Below are positions 48,227-57,078 of a stretch of DNA of 64,000 bases, piece by piece. Position 1 is the first letter of the stretch; each line of letters opens with the position of its first letter. The position numbers and the translations under genes are program-made. The stretch lies in contig HF988729.1 in the NCBI GenBank assembly GCA_000431235.1, positions 16,940-80,939 of the forward strand. The letters run 5' to 3'. The notes beneath the pieces were generated by a model. That model was not told the DNA's origin, did no database searches, and worked only from the letters and a program-made list of their open reading frames with translations. This DNA is from Coprobacillus sp. CAG:698. GTDB taxonomy: Bacteria; Bacillota_I; Bacilli_A; ML615J-28; CAG-698.

Positions 48227-49434
48227 TGATCAAGAAGTTAAAAATGAGGTTTGTACTAATTTGTATGTCCTCAATACTATTTGTTCTTGGAGCGATTATC
48301 GCAACTGTTAATATAATAAATTATCGATTTATTAATCAAACAGCAGATGAACTTTTGGATTTATTAGCATATAATGATGGAATGTTTATCGAAGAATACT
48401 TCAAAGAATATGGAGCTCCTCCATATACGACAAAAGAAAGCAAATACGAAACAAGATTTTTTTGTGTTAGATTTGATGACGAAGAAAGACTTATCAGTAT
48501 AAATATCCAAAATATTGCTAGTGTTAATGAAGAAGAAGCGGTAAGCTATGCCTTTAATGTATTGAATAGTAATAAAAAAAGAGGTTTTTACGAAAAATAT
48601 AGATATTTAATTTCTAAAACAACGAATGGGAAATTAGTTATTTTTGTTGATTGTTCTAAAGCGGTATATATAGCTAGAAAGTTTGTAAACATAAGCGTAA
48701 TAGTTGGTGCATTTGCCCTTGTAGGACTTTCTCTTCTAGTTTGGACGATTTCCTCAAAAACAGTAAAACCAATTGTGGATAGTTATAATAAACAAAGAAA
48801 ATTTATAACTGATGCTGGTCACGAGCTTAAAACTCCGTTAACAATAATTGCTGCAAATGCAGAAATAATGGAAATTGAAAATGGAGAAGACGAGTGTATA
48901 GATGCCATAAAGAAACAAGTTGCGAGAATGACACAGATGACGAAAAACCTAGTGACATTATCACGAATAGATGAAGCGGACTTACGAAATGAAATGAATG
49001 AATTCTCATTAACAAATACTTCAATTGATATATTTGAAAGTATGAAGAAAGTAGCTATAAATCAAGGGAAAGATTATACATATTCTGTAGAAAATGATTT
49101 AATTTATAATGGAAATGAAAGATTAATTCGTGAATTACTATTAGTTATAGTCGATAACGCTATAAAGTATTCAAAGTCGCATATTAATATAAATGTTTCA
49201 AAAAAGAAAAACAAATTAATAGTAGATATTGAAAATGATACAAATGGTCTAAACAAAGATGAAATAAAAAACTATACAAATAGGTTTTATCGAACGGATG
49301 AAAGCAGAGCATCATCTATTGAAGGTAGTGGCATAGGCTTATCAATTGCCAATGAGATAGTTAAAATGCATAAAGGGGAAATGAAGTTATCATCTGAAGA
49401 TGGTATTGAGTTTAAGATAAAAATAATTTTATAA
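48226..49434 (+). CDS. sensor histidine kinase
   Basis: Two TM helices, H-box HELKTPLT, N-box DNAIKYS, G-box GSGIGLSI. The start overlaps the RR stop (TAATG). Confidence 0.9.
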   Translation: MIKKLKMRFVLICMSSILFVLGAIIATVNIINYRFINQTADELLDLLAYNDGMFIEEYFKEYGAPPYTTKESKYETRFFCVRFDDEERLISINIQNIASVNEEEAVSYAFNVLNSNKKRGFYEKYRYLISKTTNGKLVIFVDCSKAVYIARKFVNISVIVGAFALVGLSLLVWTISSKTVKPIVDSYNKQRKFITDAGHELKTPLTIIAANAEIMEIENGEDECIDAIKKQVARMTQMTKNLVTLSRIDEADLRNEMNEFSLTNTSIDIFESMKKVAINQGKDYTYSVENDLIYNGNERLIRELLLVIVDNAIKYSKSHININVSKKKNKLIVDIENDTNGLNKDEIKNYTNRFYRTDESRASSIEGSGIGLSIANEIVKMHKGEMKLSSEDGIEFKIKIIL

Positions 49435-49642
49435 AAATTTTATAAACTTTTAACTAATTTTTAGGTTGATATTATATAATGTTATTGTAAAAATTAGTAT
49501 ATAAGAGATTTTAAAATGTCATCTATTATCTTCCTTTTATATACTAAGTGATTACAAGATGTGTGTCATATTTTATATGTACATATCTATCATATCTTTC
49601 CCCTTCCCCTATATAAGACAAATCTCTATACGAGAACAAAAG

Positions 49643-49668
49643 CTAACTTGTGTAAAGTTAGTTTTTTG
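49643..49668 (+). terminator. orphan intrinsic terminator 210 nt downstream of the kinase stop
   Basis: CTAACTT-gtgta-AAGTTAG followed by TTTTTTgTTTTTT. No ORF of 60 aa or more lies between 49434 and this site. Confidence 0.6.
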
Positions 49669-49786
49669 TTTTTTACCTAATAATACAAAGGTATAAAATG
49701 AGTGCTGTAAAGAAAAAATAAATATATGACTTGTTATTTCTTGAATAAAATTAAAAATTAATATATAATATATACGGAGGCTAAGT

Positions 49787-51346
49787 ATGAAGAATAATTC
49801 AAGAAGAAATCAAAACACAGAAAGAAATAAAATGCCGGTGTACAAGAAAATTTTATTGACAATATTATCAATCATTATTTTGTTTATTCAGCTGAGTGTG
49901 TATTATTTTGTATTTATAGAGTCTAAAAATATTACATGGATTACGGTTTGCGTGCGAATACTAGGTATAATAATTGTTATATATTTATTCAGCAATCAAA
50001 CGATGTGTAGCACATATAAATTGATATGGTCAAGCATTGTCTTATTTTTCTCATATGCTGGTCCCCTATTATATCTTCTCTTCGGAAATCAAAGGAGCTT
50101 GTCAAAGAGAAAAAGCAAAAAAGTTAAAGATTATTTGGATAGTAATGAATTAACTAATGAATTTATTGACAAACTAAAAAGTGAAGACATCAAAGGCTAT
50201 AAATTTGTAAAATTAGTTAATGCCTCTACAAGAATGCCGGTTTATAAAAATACTAGTGTTAAATTCTATAATAATATTGAGGAAAAATTTTACAGTGTTT
50301 TAGAAGATATTAAGAATGCAAGAAGGTATATATTTATTGAAATGTTTATTCTCTCAACAGGGAAAATGCTTGATATGCTAATAGAGGCCTTAGAAGAAAA
50401 AGGAAAAGAAGGAATAGAAATAAAACTTCTTTATGATGATGTTGGAAGTAAATTTCCTTTGCGTTCGCAATCACTTAAAAAATTAAAAGCTATTCCAAAT
50501 GTTGTGGTAGAAACATACGAACCATTAGGCTTTTCAATTAATCCAGCTGTAAACTTTCGTGACCATCGAAAAATAATTATTATCGATGGAAAAATTGGTT
50601 ATGTAGGTGGAGATAATATTGGTGATGAATATGCTAACTGGATAAAAAAATATGGATTGTGGCGTGATAATGCTGTAAGATTATCTGGAGAAGCTATAAA
50701 TAGTTTAGTCTTAATGTTTTCAGAAACATGGTATATGTCATCGAAAGAAATGCTTAAAGTTCAAGATTATTATTTTGAAGGTGAAAGTAAACTAGAAAAT
50801 AGTTATGTTTATCCATACTGTGATGGACCTACAAATAATTGTAATCCAGCATATGAATTGTATTCGGCAATGGCAATGAATTCTGAAAACTACCTATACA
50901 TTTCAACTCCATATATTTCTATAAATAGTGAATTTATAGAAACAATTGTTTCGGCGTGTAAAAGTGGAGTTGACGTGAGAATTCTTGTTCCAGGTATTCC
51001 AGATAAGAAATTGGTATACAAAACTACACAAAGTTTTTACGGAGAAATTCTGAAAGCTGGAGGAAGGATTTATGAATACACACCCGGATTTAATCATGCA
51101 AAAAACTATATATGCGATGATAAATATGCCATTGTAGGGACAATTAATATGGATTATCGAAGCTTATATTTACATTTTGAAAACGCAGTTTTACTTATTA
51201 ACGATGAAAATATAATAAAAATGAAAGATGATTTCTTAAGCGATTTAGAAAAAAGTAAAGAAATAACATATGAAAATTGGAGCAAAAGATCAGTTCTATC
51301 AAAAGCTTTGCAAATGATTTTAAAGGTTTTTTCTGCTCTGATGTAA
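49787..51346 (+). CDS. cls: cardiolipin synthase (PLD superfamily)
   Basis: N-terminal TM helices. Two HKD motifs: HRKIIIIDG and NHAKNYICDD. RBS GGAGG. Confidence 0.9.
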   Translation: MKNNSRRNQNTERNKMPVYKKILLTILSIIILFIQLSVYYFVFIESKNITWITVCVRILGIIIVIYLFSNQTMCSTYKLIWSSIVLFFSYAGPLLYLLFGNQRSLSKRKSKKVKDYLDSNELTNEFIDKLKSEDIKGYKFVKLVNASTRMPVYKNTSVKFYNNIEEKFYSVLEDIKNARRYIFIEMFILSTGKMLDMLIEALEEKGKEGIEIKLLYDDVGSKFPLRSQSLKKLKAIPNVVVETYEPLGFSINPAVNFRDHRKIIIIDGKIGYVGGDNIGDEYANWIKKYGLWRDNAVRLSGEAINSLVLMFSETWYMSSKEMLKVQDYYFEGESKLENSYVYPYCDGPTNNCNPAYELYSAMAMNSENYLYISTPYISINSEFIETIVSACKSGVDVRILVPGIPDKKLVYKTTQSFYGEILKAGGRIYEYTPGFNHAKNYICDDKYAIVGTINMDYRSLYLHFENAVLLINDENIIKMKDDFLSDLEKSKEITYENWSKRSVLSKALQMILKVFSALM

Positions 51347-51380
51347 ATGACAATTACTATTATACGAGGAGGAATAAATT

Positions 51381-51689
51381 ATGTTATTAGAATTAAATTA
51401 TGAGAATTATGAAAAAGTTGTAAAAGAGAATAAAATAGTCTTAATTGACTTTTATGCTACTTGGTGTGGACCATGCAAGATGCTTTCCCCAATTATCGAA
51501 GAGATTGCTGAAGAAGGCGTTGAAGGAGTTCAAATCTGTAAAGTTGACGTTGATAAAGAAACTAAATTAGCTTCAAAATTTGGCATACAATCTATACCAA
51601 CTTTAGTAGTTATTAAAGATGCTAAGCCCGAAAGAATGGCTATGGGATATCGTCCTAAAGAAAGCATTTTGAGAATGCTAGAGTTTTAA
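51381..51689 (+). CDS. trxA: thioredoxin
   Basis: WCGPC active site, 102 aa. Confidence 0.95.
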   Translation: MLLELNYENYEKVVKENKIVLIDFYATWCGPCKMLSPIIEEIAEEGVEGVQICKVDVDKETKLASKFGIQSIPTLVVIKDAKPERMAMGYRPKESILRMLEF

Positions 51690-51810
51690 AATGTAGGAAA
51701 ATACTATTTAGATATATTTAATAAAACTTATAAAAAAAGTGTAAATAAATCATTTAATTTACGTTTATTTAAGATTTGTATTTTCAAATTAAAAAACGAA
51801 AAATGATGAC

Positions 51811-51839
51811 TTTACATTTTTTTAAAATATGTATATAAT
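51811..51839 (+). promoter_or_regulatory. sigma-70 promoter TTTACA-17-TATAAT upstream of cysS
   Basis: TTTACA 51811-51816, 17-nt spacer, TATAAT 51834-51839. Confidence 0.5.
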
Positions 51840-51870
51840 ATATAGTGAGTAAAATATAGGAGTTTTGATT

Positions 51871-53223
51871 ATGATAAAAATATACAATTCTTTAACAAAT
51901 AAAATAGAAGAATTTAAACCAATTGAAGAGGGAAAGCTTTCGATGTATGTTTGCGGACCAACTGTGTATAGTACAATACACATTGGAAATTCGCGCCCAG
52001 TTATTTTCTTTGATACTGTTGCCCGTTTCTTTATGTATTTAGGATATGAAGTAAAATATGTATCTAACTTTACAGATATTGATGACAAAATAATTCGTCG
52101 AGCTAAGGAAGAAAATGTATCTGAAAAAGAAATTAGTGAAAAATACATAAAAGACGTATTAAATATTTATAAAAGGTTAAATTGTCTTCCTCACTATAAA
52201 AACCCTAAAGTAACTGAAAATATGAATAATATTATTGAATTCATTGGCAAAATGGTAGATAATGGTGGGGCCTATGCTATAGATGGTGATGTCTATTTTG
52301 ATGTTTCTAAAATAAAAGAATATGGAATTTTGAGTGGACAAACAATAGATAATCTTCTTGATGGTGTTCGCATTGAAAATAATACTAAAAAACATAGTTC
52401 TATCGATTTTACTCTTTGGAAGAAAACTGATGAAGGTGTAAAATGGGATTCACCTTGGGGTGAAGGTAGACCAGGATGGCACACAGAATGTGTTGTTATG
52501 ATTGATGATATATTTAAAGGACCTATAGATATTCATGGTGGAGGTAGTGATTTGAAATTCCCTCATCATGATAATGAAATAGCTCAATCGATATGTGTTA
52601 ATAATCATAAAATAGCTCATTATTGGATGCATAATGGTCGCATTGATCTTGGTGGTGAAAAAATGAGTAAATCATTAGGAAATATAATTCTTGCTAATGA
52701 TTTATTAGATAGAGTTCCATATCAAGTTTATCGCTTGATGATGTTAAATGTTCCTTATCGTCAATTATTAAATTATCGCGAGGAGTTACTAACACAATCA
52801 ACAAAAGATTATGAGAAAATCAAGAGAGCATATATTAGTTTATATCGTAAGTTAGAACTTTCTAATGCTATTAATTTTGATGTAAATATTGATGACGAAA
52901 GTATTTTGAAAATCAAAAATGATTTTATAAGTAGTATGAGTAATGATTTCAATACTGCTAATGCGATAACAGCAATTTTTGAGTTAACAAAACTTATAAA
53001 TATTCATTTACGTAATAGTAATACAGATAATTTGATATTAATGCAGATGCTTAAGTGCTTAAAAGAATTATTATGGGTACTAGGAATTGAAGTAGAAGTA
53101 AAGCCATTAACAGATGATGAAAAGAAACTTATTAGTGACTGGAATGAAGCTAAAAGAAATAAAGATTTCGTAAAAGCAGATGAATTAAGAAAGCAAATAA
53201 GTGATAGAAAAATAGAGTTATAA
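51871..53223 (+). CDS. cysS: cysteine--tRNA ligase
   Basis: HIGN and KMSKS class-I signatures. ATG 51871 follows RBS TAGGAG. Confidence 0.95.
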   Translation: MIKIYNSLTNKIEEFKPIEEGKLSMYVCGPTVYSTIHIGNSRPVIFFDTVARFFMYLGYEVKYVSNFTDIDDKIIRRAKEENVSEKEISEKYIKDVLNIYKRLNCLPHYKNPKVTENMNNIIEFIGKMVDNGGAYAIDGDVYFDVSKIKEYGILSGQTIDNLLDGVRIENNTKKHSSIDFTLWKKTDEGVKWDSPWGEGRPGWHTECVVMIDDIFKGPIDIHGGGSDLKFPHHDNEIAQSICVNNHKIAHYWMHNGRIDLGGEKMSKSLGNIILANDLLDRVPYQVYRLMMLNVPYRQLLNYREELLTQSTKDYEKIKRAYISLYRKLELSNAINFDVNIDDESILKIKNDFISSMSNDFNTANAITAIFELTKLINIHLRNSNTDNLILMQMLKCLKELLWVLGIEVEVKPLTDDEKKLISDWNEAKRNKDFVKADELRKQISDRKIEL

Positions 53224-53224
53224 A

Positions 53225-53626
53225 ATGAATGAATTTACAAAAAAAATTGATTCTTTGATGCTAAATGGGTCGGACTTAGCATATATAGGAGATGCTTATT
53301 ATGAACTTTATATTAGGACATATCTAATCTCTAAAGGAATTCATAAGCCTAATGAATTACATAGTAAGTGTACTAAGTATGTTTGTGCTAAAAGTCATGC
53401 ATTAATTGCTTCAGAAATTGTTTCTGAGTTTACACCTAGAGAACTAGATGTTTTTCATAGAGGTAAGAATTATAATTACAAACATACTTCTAAATCGGCA
53501 AATTTGCCTGAATATTTGCTTAGTTCTGGCTTTGAAGCAGTAATCGGATATTTATTCCTATCACAAAATGAAAAGAGATTGAATGAAATTTTGGCCATGG
53601 CAATCTCAATTATAGAAAGAAATTAA
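53225..53626 (+). CDS. mrnC: mini-ribonuclease III
   Basis: LAYIGDAYYELYIR motif, 133 aa, conserved position after cysS. Confidence 0.85.
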   Translation: MNEFTKKIDSLMLNGSDLAYIGDAYYELYIRTYLISKGIHKPNELHSKCTKYVCAKSHALIASEIVSEFTPRELDVFHRGKNYNYKHTSKSANLPEYLLSSGFEAVIGYLFLSQNEKRLNEILAMAISIIERN

Positions 53627-53630
53627 ATAA

Positions 53631-54362
53631 ATGGTAAATAAAATGGAAACAAATACACAACTCATATATGGTAAAAATACAGTTTTAGAAGCGTTAAAAA
53701 ATGGTTCAGTGAAAGTTTTATATCTAGAAAAAGAACAAAACTATGATGTAAAAGAACTTGCTTTAAAAAGTAAAGTAGAAATAAAATACTTGACGAAAAT
53801 AGAAATGAATAAGATGGTAAATGGTAACCATCAAGGCTGTATAGCTTTAACGTTTGATTATAAGTATTATCAATTAGATGATGTTATAACTGATAAAAAT
53901 GACTCGCTAATAATTGCATTAGATGGATTAGAAGATCCTCACAACCTAGGAGCAATAATTCGAACTGCAGAAATAAGCGGATGCGATGGAATTATTTTAC
54001 CGAAAAACAGAAGTGTACGTGTTTCAAGTAGTGTTTTCAAAGTTTCTACTGGGGCAATAGAATATGTAAAAGTTGCTCAAGTAACTAATTTAAGACAAAC
54101 ACTACAAGAACTAAAGAAAAAAGGATATTGGATTGTTGGCGCTGAATACACTCCTCAAAGTCAAGAAATATGGGATGTGGATTATAATATGAAGATATGT
54201 CTTGTGATTGGATCTGAAGGAAATGGTATATCAAGAATAGTTCGCGAAGAATGTGATTACATTGTTAAGATTCCAATGTGGGGAAAAATCAATTCATTGA
54301 ATGCATCAGTAAGTGCGGCAATCATAATTTATGAAATTAGGAGACAACAAAATAAAAAATGA
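53631..54362 (+). CDS. rlmB: 23S rRNA (guanosine-2'-O)-methyltransferase, SpoU/TrmH family
   Basis: SpoU motifs DPHNLGAIIRTAE, LVIGSEGNGIS, IPM.G...SLNASVSAAI. Conserved position. Confidence 0.85.
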   Translation: MVNKMETNTQLIYGKNTVLEALKNGSVKVLYLEKEQNYDVKELALKSKVEIKYLTKIEMNKMVNGNHQGCIALTFDYKYYQLDDVITDKNDSLIIALDGLEDPHNLGAIIRTAEISGCDGIILPKNRSVRVSSSVFKVSTGAIEYVKVAQVTNLRQTLQELKKKGYWIVGAEYTPQSQEIWDVDYNMKICLVIGSEGNGISRIVREECDYIVKIPMWGKINSLNASVSAAIIIYEIRRQQNKK

Positions 54363-55042
54363 TAATAAAATATAACGATAATGAATTGTTATATTTGATA
54401 TCAGAAAAAGACGAAGTAGCTTTAGAAATAATGATGAATAAATATGAACCTCTTATTAAAAGTATGTTAGTAAGATATAAAATTAAAAGCAAAAACTTTG
54501 AAGATTTTTACCAAGAGTGCTTAATGACTCTTTATAATTGTGTTAATAAGTATCGTGAAGATCGCAAAATATCATTTAATTCATATTTAGAAATGTCATT
54601 AAATTATTGCATTCAAAACATCTTAAGAAAAGAAAAAAGTTATTTTTATGATGTTGTATTGATGGAAATGCAAGACTTGGATTATATTCTTCCTGTGAAG
54701 GAAGAAGAGACGATAGAATATTCTTTTGAAAAACTTAGTCAATATGAAAAAAAGGTTTTAAAATATTTAAGTGAAGGTTATACAATTCCTAATATTTCTT
54801 TACAATTAAATAAAGAAAGTAGAAGCATTTATAATACGATTTCGCGAATTAAAAATAAATCTAAGATAGGAATTAAACTTTCGAAAAAAGATACGATTTT
54901 ATCTGATTTTGAGAAAAGGGTATATGATAAGTACCTTTTAGGGTTTAAAGCAAATGAAATAGCGTATTTGCTGAGAACTGATATTAATTCTATATATAAT
55001 GCTTTAAAAAGGGCTAAGAATAAAACTAAAAATAAAAAATAA
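54359..55042 (+). CDS. SigH-position sigma-70 family factor with a duplicated region-4-like HTH
   Basis: Region 2-like FEDFYQECLMTLYNCVNKYRED. Two tandem region-4-like segments (aa 126-167 and 181-221). Syntenic with B. subtilis sigH. Confidence 0.65.
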   Translation: MIIKYNDNELLYLISEKDEVALEIMMNKYEPLIKSMLVRYKIKSKNFEDFYQECLMTLYNCVNKYREDRKISFNSYLEMSLNYCIQNILRKEKSYFYDVVLMEMQDLDYILPVKEEETIEYSFEKLSQYEKKVLKYLSEGYTIPNISLQLNKESRSIYNTISRIKNKSKIGIKLSKKDTILSDFEKRVYDKYLLGFKANEIAYLLRTDINSIYNALKRAKNKTKNKK

Positions 55043-55055
55043 GCATTAAAATCAA

Positions 55056-55084
55056 TTGACATTTAGAAAGAAAAATAGTATAAT
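55056..55084 (+). promoter_or_regulatory. consensus sigma-70 promoter TTGACA-17-TATAAT
   Basis: TTGACA 55056-55061, 17-nt spacer, TATAAT 55079-55084. Confidence 0.65.
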
Positions 55085-55106
55085 ATATTGTAGTTTTGGT
55101 GATTCT

Positions 55107-55256
55107 ATGAGAGAAAAAGTAATACTTGTATGTGAAGAATGTTTGTCACGTAATTATACAATTGATAAAAATAAACTTACAAATCCTAAAAGAATGGAAA
55201 TTAAAAAGTTTTGTAAAAAATGTAATAAACATACTTTACACAAAGAAACAAAATAA
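55107..55256 (+). CDS. rpmG: 50S ribosomal protein L33
   Basis: 49 aa [12 protein letters not shown]...[14 protein letters not shown] with two CxxC pairs. The track's TTG 55056 start coincides with the -35 box. Confidence 0.9.
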   Translation: MREKVILVCEECLSRNYTIDKNKLTNPKRMEIKKFCKKCNKHTLHKETK

Positions 55257-55369
55257 ATAAACAAAAATAAATAAAGATAATAATTAGTCTTTATTTATTG
55301 ATAATAGCAATCATTAAATTTTATACTGTATATTTTAAACTAAATTAATAAATTCAATGGAGGATTATC

Positions 55370-55804
55370 ATGGCTGAAAAAGAAAAGAAAAGCTTAATGA
55401 GTTTACTTGGAAAAGAATACAAATATGAAGGATTATTATTACTTGTTTTAGGTATAATAACTACAGTACTAGGAGTATTGATTCATTTAGGCGTAACAAC
55501 AAAAGGATCTGAAGGATTAGTAATTAATGAAAACTTCTATTTCATTGGTGAATATCCAAAATTATTTGCATGGGTTCTAATCATCTTAGGAGCTGCTGCA
55601 ATTATACTTGCAATTTATCCTTATTACAAACCATCAATTAAAGAAATGAAGAGAATAACATGGCCTAGTAAAAAAGAAATGTTATCTAACACTTTAATTG
55701 TTATAGCATTTATTGTTATTGTTGCTTTCTTATTCTTAGGTTATGATGCAATTCTAAATCAAGTTGTAAAATTATTCAAATATCTTGGTAACTTAATGAG
55801 ATAA
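55370..55804 (+). CDS. secE: preprotein translocase subunit SecE (long, three-TM form)
   Basis: The C-terminal 55 aa (ITWPSKKEMLSNTLIVIAFIVIV...) is the conserved SecE core. The N-terminal about 85 aa adds two TM helices. Conserved position before nusG. Confidence 0.8.
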   Translation: MAEKEKKSLMSLLGKEYKYEGLLLLVLGIITTVLGVLIHLGVTTKGSEGLVINENFYFIGEYPKLFAWVLIILGAAAIILAIYPYYKPSIKEMKRITWPSKKEMLSNTLIVIAFIVIVAFLFLGYDAILNQVVKLFKYLGNLMR

Positions 55805-55817
55805 GGAACTCGATAAA

Positions 55818-56360
55818 ATGGAAGATAGAGCTTGGTACGTGGTACAAACATCTCCTGGTTTCGAAAGTGTTGTAAAGAGAAACCTTGAAAGAAGAATTGA
55901 GTCGATGAAGATGACTGATAAAATCTTCAATGTGTTAGTACCTGAACAAATAGAAGTTGAGAAAAAGAAAAATGGAGAACTAAAAGAAGTTGTTGTTAGA
56001 CCATATTCTGGATATGTGTTTATTGACATGATAGTAACTGATGAAACTTGGTTTATGGTTCGTAACACTCCAAGTGTAACAGGATTCTTAGGATCAAGTG
56101 GTGGTGGTGCAAAACCTGTGCCATTGCAAATTGATGAAATTACACCAATTTTAAAAATGTGTGGAATTTCTCAGTCAAGTTCATTCACTGGCAAAGTTGG
56201 TGATAAAGTAAGAATTATGTCAGGCAGCTTCAGTGGTCAAGAAGGCGTTATTTCTTCAATCGATGAATCTAAAGAAATTGTAAAAGTATTAATAGAGGGC
56301 TTCGGCGGTCAAGCAACTTTAGAACTTGGATATGAAGAAGTAAAGTTATTAGATAAATAG
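55818..56360 (+). CDS. nusG: transcription termination/antitermination factor NusG
   Basis: N-terminal WYVVQTSPGFE (NGN domain) and a C-terminal KOW (GDKVRIMSGSFSGQEGVI). Confidence 0.95.
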   Translation: MEDRAWYVVQTSPGFESVVKRNLERRIESMKMTDKIFNVLVPEQIEVEKKKNGELKEVVVRPYSGYVFIDMIVTDETWFMVRNTPSVTGFLGSSGGGAKPVPLQIDEITPILKMCGISQSSSFTGKVGDKVRIMSGSFSGQEGVISSIDESKEIVKVLIEGFGGQATLELGYEEVKLLDK

Positions 56361-56367
56361 AACAACT

Positions 56368-56399
56368 AACCTTTCCGTAAGTGGGAAGGTTTTATTTTT
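56368..56399 (+). terminator. rho-independent terminator after nusG
   Basis: ACCTTTCC-gtaagt-GGGAAGGT followed by TTTTaTTTTT. Confidence 0.65.
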
Positions 56400-56433
56400 G
56401 CAAAAATAAAGAACAAAAAGCCTCAAAAAATAA

Positions 56434-56462
56434 TTGACTTTTAAGGTAAAATAATGTATAAT
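56434..56462 (+). promoter_or_regulatory. sigma-70 promoter TTGACT-17-TATAAT of the rplKA unit
   Basis: TTGACT 56434-56439, 17-nt spacer, TATAAT 56457-56462. Confidence 0.55.
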
Positions 56463-56499
56463 ATATAAGTGCGTTAATCACGTTACTATTTTATTATTA

Positions 56500-56526
56500 G
56501 TGGGAGAGTAAAAACTCAAATACCAC
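56500..56526 (+). promoter_or_regulatory. putative L1-binding mRNA mimic of the 23S rRNA L1 stalk (rplK leader)
   Basis: GUGGGAG-[GAGU-aaaa-ACUC]-AAAUACCAC. The flanks match my recollection of the 23S rRNA L1-stalk base, GUGGGAGG...GAAAUACCAC. Confidence 0.45.
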
Positions 56527-56553
56527 ATCACGGACAAAAAGGAGGTGCGTCTC

Positions 56554-56982
56554 GTGGCTGCGAAAAAAATTACGAAAGTTGTGAAACTACAATTAAATGC
56601 AGGTAAAGCAACACCAGCTCCACCAGTTGGACCAGTATTATCACCTACAGGTATTAATACTCAACAATTCTGCTTACAATTCAATGATAAGACTAGAGAT
56701 ATGGCTGGATATATGATTCCTGTTATTGTTACGGTTTATGATGATCGTTCATTTTCTTTCATCACAAAGACTCCACCAGCATCTGATCTATTAAAGAAAG
56801 CTGCTGGAATTGAAAGTGGTTCTTCAAACGCTAAGAAGATTAAAGTTGCTACTATTTCTCGTGAAAAAGTTAAAGAAATTGCAACTACTAAATTACCTGA
56901 CTTAAGCGCATACACAGTTGAAGCTGGTATGAAGATTATTGAAGGAACTGCAAGAAACATGGGAATTGTTGTTGAAGATTAA
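56554..56982 (+). CDS. rplK: 50S ribosomal protein L11
   Basis: GTG 56554 lies 6 nt after RBS AAAGGAGGTG and gives [27 protein letters not shown]. Confidence 0.95.
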   Translation: MAAKKITKVVKLQLNAGKATPAPPVGPVLSPTGINTQQFCLQFNDKTRDMAGYMIPVIVTVYDDRSFSFITKTPPASDLLKKAAGIESGSSNAKKIKVATISREKVKEIATTKLPDLSAYTVEAGMKIIEGTARNMGIVVED

Positions 56983-57035
56983 TTAAAAACAATGAAGTTT
57001 CTAAACCCAAATAAGTTGATAATTCAACTTAAACT

Positions 57036-57060
57036 GTGGGAGGAATTTCCGTTAGACCAC
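57036..57060 (+). promoter_or_regulatory. second putative L1-binding hairpin (rplK-rplA intergenic)
   Basis: GUGGGA-[GGA-auu-UCC]-GUUAGACCAC. Same GUGG/CCAC closing stem and GGGAG element as the 56500 site. It lies 18 nt upstream of the rplA start. Confidence 0.4.
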
Positions 57061-57078
57061 ATTTAAGGAGGTAAAAAT

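Noticed and set aside
49517-49700. Small ORFs in the TCS-cls spacer: MSSIIFLLYTK, and a roughly 50-codon ORF starting at ATG 49559.
   Set aside because: Neither has an RBS. The longer one reads straight through the intrinsic terminator hairpin, so it is more likely non-coding RNA or spacer.
51690-51870. Looked for a Cys T-box upstream of cysS, as found in many Bacillota.
   Set aside because: No AGAGA/GGTGNRA stem I elements and no GGTGGTACCGCG-like T-box sequence. Only a plain promoter (51811-51839) is visible.
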